Assembly (NCBI GenBank): GCA_963797095.1
Contig: CAWCNY010000003.1
Span: 64,001-128,000, forward strand
Length of the DNA: 64,000 nt
Source of the DNA: an uncultured Chloroflexia bacterium
Lineage (GTDB): Bacteria > Chloroflexota > Chloroflexia > QHBQ01 > JADMIH01
Direction: 5' to 3'
Positions 31,392 to 40,381 of this stretch are shown here, piece after piece; positions within the stretch are counted from its first letter, which is position 1, and each line of letters opens with the position of its first letter. The position numbers and the translations under genes were made by a program. The notes under the pieces were generated by a model, which was not told where the DNA came from, made no database searches, and was given only the letters and a program-made list of their open reading frames with translations.

Positions 31392-33212
31392 TCATTCACC
31401 CAACCGAGGGTAGGGGAACCAGTATGAGCGGCATGTGCCGTCCTCGTGGCGTAATTCCTCGGCAACCGCATAACACAGGATCAATCCTCGCCAGTAGACC
31501 ACAATAACAGCCTCATTTAGCGGGGAGCATCTGACCCTGACGTGGGCGTGCTGGAAATAGCGCAACACGTCCGCCTGGTAGTCTCGATAGTGCCAACCAT
31601 GCCCGCCACGCGGCCATTCAATGCTTCCATCATCGCCCACCTCTGCGGGATAAGACGGGAGCAGTTCTTGGAGGCCTATGTAGTTCAGCAGCGGGTCATG
31701 GTCGGGGTGCATGCTCCAAAGCCAACCCTGACGGTGTATGACCCGCTGTTTGGCGAGGAAGGGTGCATAGCCATAGGTCCTCTCCAGTGCGCGGTCCAAA
31801 ATACGCATGTAGTGGAGAGGATCGAGCACTCGGCCGACTAACTCCTTCTCCCACTTCTCCCATTCTTCTTCTCGTTCGCCGACCCAGTCTGTTGCCTCTC
31901 TTTCCGGTGGGCTACCAACTTCTTCAATCTGTTCTACCTGCTCTACCTGCTCTACCTGCATACCCCACACACTGGCTGCCTCCCTGATCGCTCCGGGTAC
32001 CGGCATCTGCACGCGCAAAAGCGTCGGTGGACAGATGGGTCCGTTGTACTCCCCATCTCTGGAGCGTGAGAAGACCAGTGCGTCGTAGAGAGCCAAGGTC
32101 TTCGCAGTTTGGAGGCATTCAGCAGTTTCACGGGGACCAGAACCGAGACCGGCGTCAGTATCGGCATCGGCATCGGCATCGGCATCGGCATCGGTATCGG
32201 TGTCCCAAAGATGAGTAGGATCAGGCAGACAACGGAACGCCAACACCTTGCCGGTTTGTTGGAGCCCAACACCTGCCTTGTGGGTGATTTCTTCCCGCAC
32301 CACAACCAGCAGTGAGTTTCCGGCTGCGTCAGTATCGTCAGTATCGTCAGTATCGTCAGTATCGTCAGTATCGTCAGTATCGTCAGTATCGTCAGTATCG
32401 TCAGTATCGTCAGTGTCACGGTCAGCTTCATGGTCACGATGCATAGGCTGCTGAATTGACTGTTGGAGTGGCTTCTGAACTGGCCATTGCAGTCGGATTG
32501 GTATACTCCGCCAGGTAATCGTCCAGATAGCCGGGTGTGGCCGAGGCCGGCATTCGCTCAGGGTAATGAGACGACTGCGAGTAAGGCTAGCGCAAAGAGC
32601 TATCACCACATCCATTGGCAACGGCTTTACCCCTGCGGCCCCAGCCATGCGGCGCAGGATCTCCCAGACAGTGCGAGTATCCAGCAGCAATGGGGAGGAG
32701 TAAAGGGCCTCGACCATCTCCGCTATGGACTGGGTTACCCTGGCGAAAAAGGCCAGCATAGCAACTGCTGTCTTGGGGGTCTTCGGAACTGCTGGACAGG
32801 ATACTCCCCCTGGCGTCACTTTGGTTCGCAAGTCCTTGGTTCGCAAGTCCAACAGGTCCAACAGGTCCGACGGGTCTGAAGAGCGGGAGGGGTTGAGAGA
32901 GGGCGAGGAGCAGGGGGAGCAGGGGGAGCAGGGAATGTACGGAAAGCGTGCTTCTGCCTTACGCTGCACGAGCAACTCCCACAAACTTACCTCCTTGAGC
33001 CAGGGTAGTACCTCATACAGATCAGGTTCATACTCGGCCACGTCGAGCAATCGACCAAGCAGGCGCGCAAGCTGCTGGACCTCTTGTTCTTGGAGTTGCT
33101 CGGTGCGCTCGATGCCGTCTTCTGAGCGTTGCAGCGGCCATGCAAGCGGCCGAGCAAGTGGCCAAGCAGGAGCACCCGTGACGTTGAACGGGTTCACCCT
33201 CATCGGGTCCAT
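31392..33212 (-). CDS. Catalytically inactive TnsB paralogue, element B
   Basis: Homologous to 29519-31063 (both end AVAEELRHEDG..R.YWFPYPRLGE); start at ATG 33212, TAATG-coupled to the ATPase stop. Confidence 0.7.
   Translation of the reverse strand: MDPMRVNPFNVTGAPAWPLARPLAWPLQRSEDGIERTEQLQEQEVQQLARLLGRLLDVAEYEPDLYEVLPWLKEVSLWELLVQRKAEARFPYIPCSPCSPCSSPSLNPSRSSDPSDLLDLLDLRTKDLRTKVTPGGVSCPAVPKTPKTAVAMLAFFARVTQSIAEMVEALYSSPLLLDTRTVWEILRRMAGAAGVKPLPMDVVIALCASLTRSRLITLSECRPRPHPAIWTITWRSIPIRLQWPVQKPLQQSIQQPMHRDHEADRDTDDTDDTDDTDDTDDTDDTDDTDDTDDTDAAGNSLLVVVREEITHKAGVGLQQTGKVLAFRCLPDPTHLWDTDTDADADADADADTDAGLGSGPRETAECLQTAKTLALYDALVFSRSRDGEYNGPICPPTLLRVQMPVPGAIREAASVWGMQVEQVEQVEQIEEVGSPPEREATDWVGEREEEWEKWEKELVGRVLDPLHYMRILDRALERTYGYAPFLAKQRVIHRQGWLWSMHPDHDPLLNYIGLQELLPSYPAEVGDDGSIEWPRGGHGWHYRDYQADVLRYFQHAHVRVRCSPLNEAVIVVYWRGLILCYAVAEELRHEDGTCRSYWFPYPRLGE
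32328..32408. repeat. Nine perfect 9-bp tandem repeats encoding (DTD)n
   Basis: (GTCAGTATC)x9; a nearby 6-bp (GGCATC)n array at ~32160-32198 encodes DADADA. Confidence 0.95.
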
Positions 33213-34234
33213 TAGGAAATCGCCTCTTGCCCAGGTTGCCCGGCTGTTGCCTTGGGTGTTGTCTTCGATGTCCGAGTTGCCCGGGATCCATGCGGTGGCC
33301 GTTGCTCGGACGCTGCCTCGTAAGGCCCTGTCTCGTGAGGCCCGCTCGTCGAAACCCCGCCTTGTGGTCCTTGCCGCAGCTTGGGCAAGTGCGGGATCAG
33401 TATCAAGTGCAGCGTTTCGGCCAGGCTCTCCTGGGTGATCCGCTCTGCCCCTCGTGCGCACGCTATCTGGCTGGCATATTGCAGCACCACCCTCAGCTTC
33501 CGAAACGACGGACATACCCTCTGCCACAACTGGATGCCCATCTGCCGGTCCTCGGGGTTATCGGCGTCATAATGCCATAGCGGAAGGGTCATGCTAGGTA
33601 GCACAGCGGTCAACACCTCTTCCTGGGTGAGAGGCAAGAACTCCATGTGCAGACCGATGCGGCTCACGAACTTCTCGTGGCGGTTGATCACCCGCAGAAT
33701 TCGGGGAAGCCCCACAATCACGATGGGGCAGCCGGTTCGGTCGAAGACATGGCGTAAGAACTCGAAGCTCTCCACGTTCAGCCAGTCTCCCTCATCAACC
33801 AGCACCAGATCCAGGTCGTTGCGCCTGATGGCTTCCGTGGCTACCTTTTCCATGTCGTAGACGTTGGAGTTGCATCGGTCCCCGCTCAGGGTGCTGACCA
33901 ATGTCCTGGCTAGAGCCTTGGCAGTGGAGCGCGGGCTGACCTTGATCCCCACACAAGAGGGGAAGCCGCTGTATGCACGGGGCTTGAGGTCTTGTAGGTA
34001 AGTCTGAATGGCAATCGTTTTGCCCAATCCTGCATCGCCTGTGACGATACCCATGGTGGCGTAGCCGGTCTGCTCGCGTGATTGCAAGATGAACTGCATG
34101 CAGGCGTGGAAGCGCTTGACGCTGTTGGTAATGATCGGTGCCTGGCCGAACGGCAGGCGGTTCTCAAAATCGAGGTCATCGGCATATTCGGGGATCATCG
34201 TGGTAGTTGGGGACATAGGGTTCATGGGGGTCAT
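33212..34234 (-). CDS. TnsC/TniB-like AAA+ ATPase, element B
   Basis: GDAGLGKT, LVLVDE; close paralogue of 28509-29522. Confidence 0.9.
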   Translation of the reverse strand: MTPMNPMSPTTTMIPEYADDLDFENRLPFGQAPIITNSVKRFHACMQFILQSREQTGYATMGIVTGDAGLGKTIAIQTYLQDLKPRAYSGFPSCVGIKVSPRSTAKALARTLVSTLSGDRCNSNVYDMEKVATEAIRRNDLDLVLVDEGDWLNVESFEFLRHVFDRTGCPIVIVGLPRILRVINRHEKFVSRIGLHMEFLPLTQEEVLTAVLPSMTLPLWHYDADNPEDRQMGIQLWQRVCPSFRKLRVVLQYASQIACARGAERITQESLAETLHLILIPHLPKLRQGPQGGVSTSGPHETGPYEAASEQRPPHGSRATRTSKTTPKATAGQPGQEAIS

Positions 34235-35964
34235 AGGAGTTCTCCTTTCGGATTGATCTGGTCAGTTTGTTCGGCCTGCTGGGTTTGCTGGGCCACGAGG
34301 AAATCGAATAGGTCTGGCTGGTGAGTTGCCAGGGCTGTTTGGGATGGTGGGCCTGTTTGAAGGTTTAGAGGCAGGTCTAGCGCATGTAGCGCATGAGTTG
34401 GTTTCTTCTTGCCTTGTTGGTTGGAGGGGGCAGCAGTCTGGAGCGGAGCCCGGAGCATCTTGTCTACCTCATGTGCGTCCTCGTGTGCAGCCTTGATGCG
34501 GCTACGAACATGTGCCCGCTGCCGGCGTTGTGCTTCGACAATTACCTGGCGCTCAAGCGTCTGCCCTTGTGGGGAACTGAGTGCGAAGGCCGTGCAGCGC
34601 CACTTTCCCTCGAAGAACACCTCAATCTCGTCTGGGGCCGTGTAATGGGGAGCAGCGCGCACCAACACGTCCTCGCCGACCAGGACCGACAACTCCAGGT
34701 GCCAGTAGCGCTCTGAGGCGTACTTGATCCCATCCTTGTGCACCCGCCTGGTCGCCGGCTCTTTCAGCAGCATATCCAGCAAGCGCAGGAGTTGATCATC
34801 TACAGGAATTGGAGTGGCGTTGCGCTCCCAAAACTCAAGAGGTGTCTGACTGGTCTCGCTGTGGGCCTCATGCACTTCGTGGTGGTAGCGATCGATGAAT
34901 GCCCGAAAGTGTTCATCGAGTTGGGAGATGGTAAGCTCGGCTTTGGCCTTCGGGTTGCGCTCTGCGACGTTTGAGCCCACATAGCCGGGGAGGGTGGACC
35001 AAAGCCGCGTGTCCAGCGTCCTGTGCAGCCGCTCGACGATACCCCGTATCTCCGGGTCGTGTGGAGGTCCGGGGACCAGCTTGATACCCAACCCTTCCGC
35101 CAGTTGATAGACGTGGCGAGCGACCAGGTCTTTGCCGTTGTCGATCCATATCTCGTCAGGCACGCCTCCAAAAGCCTTGTGTTCATTAGTGAGCATTGCC
35201 TCTCGGATAGCGGCGGCCACCGTGAAGCGGTTAGGCTCGTCGTAGCTGAATAACCCGGCCATCACCAGGCGGGACGCGCTGTCGACTACCATCGTCAGGA
35301 ATGGCCGCACTTCTCCTGAAGTTCGCCGGTGAGAAACTGCTCTTAGGTCGCGCACCATCACGTGGAGGGGATCCTTGTGGTCGATCTGCCAGACGACACG
35401 ATGAGGATCATGCCGTATGGGGTAGGTCAGGCGGTATCGATTGCGGAATTCCCCCTCTCGTCCATCAGCGAGCAGTCGCACCGGCTCCGGTATCTGAGCG
35501 CAGATGGAGCGGACCTGGTAGAGAGTAGGTGGCGCTTCCCCCGCTGCAGATGCATACTGGCAGGCTAGCTCATACACGTAGCGAACCGGGGCATCGCGAT
35601 GGGTCAGCCGCAGGCTCTCAACGACCTGGGTCATGTGAGGGCTGAGGCCATGAGGTTTGCCTCTGTCGGTACGAGCACGAGGAGCAAGGCCTGCTAAGCC
35701 GTAGCGCTGGTAGCGGGTGTGGTAGTATCGCAATATGCGAACAGACACTCCTACCTCTCGTGCCCGCTGGTCAAGGGTGGCATTGCTAACCCGTTCTCGT
35801 TCAGCCAGATCCCCGAGCAGAGTGCGCCGACGGAAAAGCTCCTGGAGGTCCTGCTCGGAGAGAGCGCCAATATCCGGGTTGGGAGCGTCCCTTGGGGCCA
35901 CCCGGTCGGACGGTCGTTGTGGTGCTGACTTTGGTTCTAGTCCTGGTTCCCGTTGTTGTTTCAT
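34231..35964 (-). CDS. Mu/TnsB-like DDE transposase, element B
   Basis: WQID / IDNG / VER triad; close paralogue of 26788-28521. Confidence 0.92.
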   Translation of the reverse strand: MKQQREPGLEPKSAPQRPSDRVAPRDAPNPDIGALSEQDLQELFRRRTLLGDLAERERVSNATLDQRAREVGVSVRILRYYHTRYQRYGLAGLAPRARTDRGKPHGLSPHMTQVVESLRLTHRDAPVRYVYELACQYASAAGEAPPTLYQVRSICAQIPEPVRLLADGREGEFRNRYRLTYPIRHDPHRVVWQIDHKDPLHVMVRDLRAVSHRRTSGEVRPFLTMVVDSASRLVMAGLFSYDEPNRFTVAAAIREAMLTNEHKAFGGVPDEIWIDNGKDLVARHVYQLAEGLGIKLVPGPPHDPEIRGIVERLHRTLDTRLWSTLPGYVGSNVAERNPKAKAELTISQLDEHFRAFIDRYHHEVHEAHSETSQTPLEFWERNATPIPVDDQLLRLLDMLLKEPATRRVHKDGIKYASERYWHLELSVLVGEDVLVRAAPHYTAPDEIEVFFEGKWRCTAFALSSPQGQTLERQVIVEAQRRQRAHVRSRIKAAHEDAHEVDKMLRAPLQTAAPSNQQGKKKPTHALHALDLPLNLQTGPPSQTALATHQPDLFDFLVAQQTQQAEQTDQINPKGELL

Positions 35965-36180
35965 CGTTCCAACCTCCTTTCAACCTCTTCCTTGGTGAAG
36001 AGGAAATCGATATTTCTTGCTGTCGCTCCCTGTTGTATACTCCTTTAGAGAATCCGTCCATGCCTAACAGTCCCCACTCAGCAGGGTGCTAGGCTCTACT
36101 AAGGAGTTGGAATAACAGCGGGAAATATGGACAGGCTGGTTGATGAGACAAGGAAGAGGGGAGGGGGAAGAGTGGAACGA

Positions 36181-37272
36181 ATGGATCGAGTAACCCCAAT
36201 CAAGAAGAATCGATCACAGCGGCCTGTGCCTCCTCAAGAGCGGTTGGCTGAACAACTTGAGGACTGGCGACGGTCACTGCAGGAACAGGATCGTTCGCCT
36301 GGCACAGTCGAGAAGTATGTCGAGGCGGTGCAGCGCTTTCTGACCTGGTTTGAGCACGAGGAAGGCGGCGGTGCGCCTTTACAAGTGGAGGCGCTCACAC
36401 CGATTGCCCTAATCGGCTATCGAAACTACCTGCAGCATGAACAACAGAAGTCGGTTAGCACTATCAACCTCCGTATCAGTGCCTTGCGCGCCTGGTGCGG
36501 TTGGCTGGTTGATCAGGGCTACCTGACTTCTGACCCTTCTGCCCGGGTAAAGCTGGTGAGGACGGCGAGCATGAACAAAGACGGCAGCGGGGCCAGTTCC
36601 AAACGAGAAGGGCTCACCGGTCCTCAAGTCAATGCTCTTCTTCGGCAGGCTCAAGCCTCCAGCGAGGCAGAGCGCAACTACGCCATTTTGCAAGTATTGC
36701 TGCAAACAGGCATTCGCTTGAGCGAGTGCAGCAGCTTGCGACTTGGCGATATCACACTTGGGGAGCGTAGCGGCATGCTGCTGGTGAGGGCGGGTAAAGG
36801 TAACAAAACTCGTTCGGTGCCTCTCAATGCTTCAGCCCGTGAGGCTCTGACCGTCTACGTCGCACCCCGCTTAGGTCCAGAAGAAGGAGAAGATGGAGCG
36901 GAAAAGAAGGCGTCGTTGAAGGTGCTTTTCAAGACCGTGGCTGCGAACTGGCCCAGGGCCGGAACGCCTCAGGCTCTTGAGCCATTGTGGCTTAGCCGCA
37001 AAGGAGGAGCGCTCACAAGTTCAGCTATCGGTCAGATGATGGCTGAACTTGTCAAGGCAGCAGGGAAGTTGGTCCCGCAAGAGACGAGCGTTCACTCTTT
37101 GCGCCATACGTTTGCTCGAAGCTACCTATCTTTATATCCCGGAGATGTGGTGGGCTTGGCAACGCTGCTGGGGCATAGTTCACTCGATACCACCCGCCTT
37201 TACAGCCAGCCTGGTGTGTCTCAGTTGGCTGCTCGTGTGGAAAGGCTCTCCCTCAACGCCTATTCGGGGTAA
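36181..37272 (+). CDS. Tyrosine recombinase, element B
   Basis: Paralogue of 25428-26543 with the same R-K-H-R-H-Y motifs; start chosen by alignment with copy A (the ORF extends to 36127). Confidence 0.92.
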   Translation: MDRVTPIKKNRSQRPVPPQERLAEQLEDWRRSLQEQDRSPGTVEKYVEAVQRFLTWFEHEEGGGAPLQVEALTPIALIGYRNYLQHEQQKSVSTINLRISALRAWCGWLVDQGYLTSDPSARVKLVRTASMNKDGSGASSKREGLTGPQVNALLRQAQASSEAERNYAILQVLLQTGIRLSECSSLRLGDITLGERSGMLLVRAGKGNKTRSVPLNASAREALTVYVAPRLGPEEGEDGAEKKASLKVLFKTVAANWPRAGTPQALEPLWLSRKGGALTSSAIGQMMAELVKAAGKLVPQETSVHSLRHTFARSYLSLYPGDVVGLATLLGHSSLDTTRLYSQPGVSQLAARVERLSLNAYSG

Positions 37273-37483
37273 CATAGCAAAGCGCGCCACTTGGCCCTGG
37301 ATACCATCATGCCCGGACCGGATGCGGAATGGTTCACTCATGAACCAGTGCAACTCAAAGCCGCAAATCAGTGCAACTCAAAGTCTCACTCAGTGCAATC
37401 CAAAGACGCGCGTAGTGCAACTCAAATCCTAAGGTTACAGCTGCGCATTTGAGCGGGATGCTTTTCGTACAGGTGCCTATGGA

Positions 37484-37522
37484 AATAGACCGTCATGCCA
37501 GGTGCTGGCATGACGGTCTATT
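37484..37522. terminator. Perfect 17-bp hairpin, probable bidirectional terminator
   Basis: AATAGACCGTCATGCCA-GGTGC-TGGCATGACGGTCTATT. Confidence 0.6.
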
Positions 37523-37669
37523 AGTAACGAGAATGGCGATTCTCGGAACTATTCGCTCATTTAGCCGCTTCCCATAGCCAATATAGCAATGGGGATAGCA
37601 TCATGCGCGAGGCCGGGAATAGCCAAGTTTGGCGATGTCAGGCCTTGCCCATGATGCTATCATGGGCTA

Positions 37670-39178
37670 ATGCTGCAGAAAGGTAACTGCGCGCAAGGAG
37701 TAGAAAACATGGTTTCTTCCCCACCGATCAAAGTTGGCCCGGATCAAATGGCCGTAGCCCTGGAGGTCTTCAGGCAAGCCTACCCAGCCTATGATCTGAC
37801 CTGGAAACTGGACCAATTGCGAGCCAGCGAATATGCGCGCCTGGACCGGCAAGGGCACGTTTATCTCGATTACACGGGTGGCGCTCTGTACGCCGAGTGC
37901 CAGTTGCGAGACCACATGGCGCTGCTCAACGAAGGGGTGTTCGGAAACCCCCACTCCAAGAACCTGACCTCGATGGCGATGACCAGGCTGGTGGAACAGG
38001 CCCGCGACTATGTCCTTCACTATTTCAACGCATCACCCGACGAGTACATGGTGATCTTCACCCAGAACGCCACCGGGGCGCTTAAGCTCGTGGGCGAGTC
38101 TTATCCTTTTGGACCTGAGGATACCTATTTATTGACCTTCGATAACCACAACTCTGTGAACGGCATTCGTGAGTTCGCCCGCACCAGGGGAGCAACGGTT
38201 ACATATATCCCGGTTGTGCTTCCGGACCTGCGCGCCGATGAAGTGCAACTGGCCCAGGCCCTGGAGAGTGGCCGCCCCGGAAAGAACAACCTGTTTGCCT
38301 ACCCGGCTCAGTCCAACTTCACCGGGGTGCAACACCCTCTTGAGTGGATTGCGCAAGCGCAATCGAAAGGTTGGGATGTGCTGCTGGACGCGGCCTCCTT
38401 CGCACCTGCCAACAGGCTGGACCTCAATCGTTGGCACCCCGACTTCGTTGACATCTCGTTCTACAAGATATTCGGCTATCCGACCGGCACGGGTTGTCTG
38501 CTGGTGCGCAACACCGCGGCGCGCAAGCTGCGACGCCCCTGGTACGCGGGAGGCACGATCACATTTTCTTCTGTGGTGGCAAGCGACCATTACCTGACGC
38601 CCGGCCCGGCGGGGTTCGAGGATGGAACGGTCAATTACCTCAGCTTGCCCGCGGTCGAGATCGGGCTTAAGTTCATCGAGTTGATCGGGATCGACCTGAT
38701 CCATACCAGGGTCATGTGCCTGACGGGCTGGCTCATCGACCGGCTGCTATCGCTCCGCCACAGCAACGGGAATCCGCTGATTCGTCTTTATGGGCCTGCG
38801 AACACCCATATGCGCGGCGGAACGATCCAGGTCAACTTCTTTGACCCCGATGGCACTTTGTGGGATTGCAACGACGTGGAGAGACTGGCGAACGACGAGC
38901 TAATTTCCCTGCGTGCCGGGTGCCACTGCAATCCGGGGGCGCGCGAGGTCGCGCTCGGATTTACAAAGGCTGATTTGCTGCCCTGTTTCCGGGACAAAGA
39001 TCGTCTCACATTCGAGCAGTTCTTGCATGTAATCGACGGCAAGACCACCGGAGCCCTCCGCGCCTCGATTGGCCTCGCAACTACCTTCGCTGATGTCCAT
39101 AAGTACGTGCAGTTTGCCCGGACCTTCATCGACAAACATGCCGGGTTGACGAATAGAAGGGGCGAGCACACCATATAG
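37670..39178 (+). CDS. Class V PLP-dependent enzyme resembling the N-terminal domain of molybdenum cofactor sulfurase
   Basis: YLDYTG, FGNPHS, DNHNSV, LLDAA, SFYKIFGYPTG (PLP lysine), RAGCHCNPG; start may be 37709. Confidence 0.85.
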   Translation: MLQKGNCAQGVENMVSSPPIKVGPDQMAVALEVFRQAYPAYDLTWKLDQLRASEYARLDRQGHVYLDYTGGALYAECQLRDHMALLNEGVFGNPHSKNLTSMAMTRLVEQARDYVLHYFNASPDEYMVIFTQNATGALKLVGESYPFGPEDTYLLTFDNHNSVNGIREFARTRGATVTYIPVVLPDLRADEVQLAQALESGRPGKNNLFAYPAQSNFTGVQHPLEWIAQAQSKGWDVLLDAASFAPANRLDLNRWHPDFVDISFYKIFGYPTGTGCLLVRNTAARKLRRPWYAGGTITFSSVVASDHYLTPGPAGFEDGTVNYLSLPAVEIGLKFIELIGIDLIHTRVMCLTGWLIDRLLSLRHSNGNPLIRLYGPANTHMRGGTIQVNFFDPDGTLWDCNDVERLANDELISLRAGCHCNPGAREVALGFTKADLLPCFRDKDRLTFEQFLHVIDGKTTGALRASIGLATTFADVHKYVQFARTFIDKHAGLTNRRGEHTI

Positions 39179-39220
39179 CGGTGACGGGCTCGCTGACGGC
39201 CTGGGTAGAACTTGAAGTTG

Positions 39221-39260
39221 CCTTAGAGGGCGTATGCTGTTCAGCGTACGCCCTCTAAGG
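39221..39260 (+). terminator. Long hairpin after the PLP-enzyme gene
   Basis: CCTTAGAGGGCGTATGCTG / CAGCGTACGCCCTCTAAGG. Confidence 0.55.
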
Positions 39261-39416
39261 TTCGGTCATGGAGTGGATGTGGCGGGGTTACAGTGGGTCA
39301 TACAGCAGTCGGAGCCATCCGAAAAGTACTATTGGTGCCGGTAATAGCGGGCCCTATACTTATGTATAGTAGATGGGCTTTCAGGCCACGGCACGATGTG
39401 TCAGAGGAGGCGAACG

Positions 39417-40196
39417 ATGAAGCAACTCTTGTATGTTATTGCGGCCTTAGCTTTACTTGCCACGGGCTACCTGATAGGAATTTCCGCAACGAGAACCGGC
39501 GAGGCAGGGCCTTTGTTGCAAGGCGGCTGCCAGGCGTTCCCCGAGACAAAACAGGCCGTCTGCGGTCAATTCCTGACATACTGGCAGGAACATGGAGGTC
39601 TCGCGCAGCAGGGCTATCCAATCAGCGGCGAGTTCCGGGAGCAGTCCGACCTTAACGGGCAGGTTTACACAGTACAATACTTCGAGCGCGCCGTGTTCGA
39701 GTACCACCCCGAGAACCCACCGCCCAACGATGTGCTGCTCTCTCAGCTTGGCACATTCAGGTACAAAGAAAAGTACGGGTCAGGCATACCGGGCGCTCAG
39801 CCCTCAGTCACCTCTGTGCCGCCTACTCCTCTGCCTGCCGCCGTTGTAAACCTGGGCGAGCCGGTCAGGCGCAACGGGCTGGTGTTCACTGTGATCAGAC
39901 TTGACCGCCTCCTCAAAAGGACCGACGTGATCTACACTGTGAAGAACGAGAGCGGAAGCCCTGTCACCTTCGTGCTCGCCAATAAAGACCAGCAGCTTCT
40001 CAACAGCGCGGGCCAGCCTCTGGAGCTTGCCAATCCGGATGCTGTCGCTACTATCACTCTGCAAGATGGGCAGGAGTACATGGGCGGCACTACCTTCAAT
40101 GGCGTTCTGGCGGCACGCACCGACCACGCTACGTACATCGCGGACAATATAACCGGAATCGGAAGCGTGCGAGTGACCATTCCGCTATCAGACTAA
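39417..40196 (+). CDS. Secreted protein with a Chloroflexota-type surface module and an Ig-like C-terminal domain
   Basis: Signal peptide MKQLLYVIAALALL; FPETKQAVCGQFLTYWQEHGG...YPIS...VQYFERAVFEYHPEN; GAGGAGG RBS. Confidence 0.75.
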   Translation: MKQLLYVIAALALLATGYLIGISATRTGEAGPLLQGGCQAFPETKQAVCGQFLTYWQEHGGLAQQGYPISGEFREQSDLNGQVYTVQYFERAVFEYHPENPPPNDVLLSQLGTFRYKEKYGSGIPGAQPSVTSVPPTPLPAAVVNLGEPVRRNGLVFTVIRLDRLLKRTDVIYTVKNESGSPVTFVLANKDQQLLNSAGQPLELANPDAVATITLQDGQEYMGGTTFNGVLAARTDHATYIADNITGIGSVRVTIPLSD

Positions 40197-40381
40197 CTGT
40201 ATTCCAGGGACTTCCAGCCAACCACCAACTATCTATATGCCTGGGTGTTCTTAATGGGTCTTTAATTGTAAAGTGCAACGCTTTCTCGGCTCTTCCCACT
40301 TTTTGGTGAACTCAACTAACCGGTAACTGGCGAGCCGCTCGATCCTAACTGCCCTAAGATACGCCGGGCTGGGCTGGTGCG

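Larger units (their letters stand above)
31265..37439 (-). mobile_element. Element B: complete TGT...ACA transposon (tyrosine recombinase, TnsB-like, TnsC-like, dead TnsB)
   Basis: Terminal IR TGTAAC(G/C)TTAG..TTTGAGTTGCACT; 14-bp sites AGTGCAACTCAAAG, two on the left (31277, 31300, inverted) and four on the right (37347, 37370, 37392, 37414); no TSD seen. Confidence 0.88.

Noticed and set aside
32328-32408. Tandem array as CRISPR or iterons
   Set aside because: No spacers; it is an in-frame coding microsatellite.
33213-33527. N-terminal 105 aa of the 711-aa ORF
   Set aside because: Overlaps the ATPase gene and has no counterpart in copy A; the coupled ATG at 33212 is the better start.
37347-37427. 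Regularly spaced 14-bp repeats resembling a mini-CRISPR
   Set aside because: Spacers are only 8-9 bp, there are no cas genes, and the repeats are mirrored at the other end of the element; they are transposase-binding sites.
31260-37444. Target-site duplication for element B
   Set aside because: Flanks TCAGG and GCTGC do not match.
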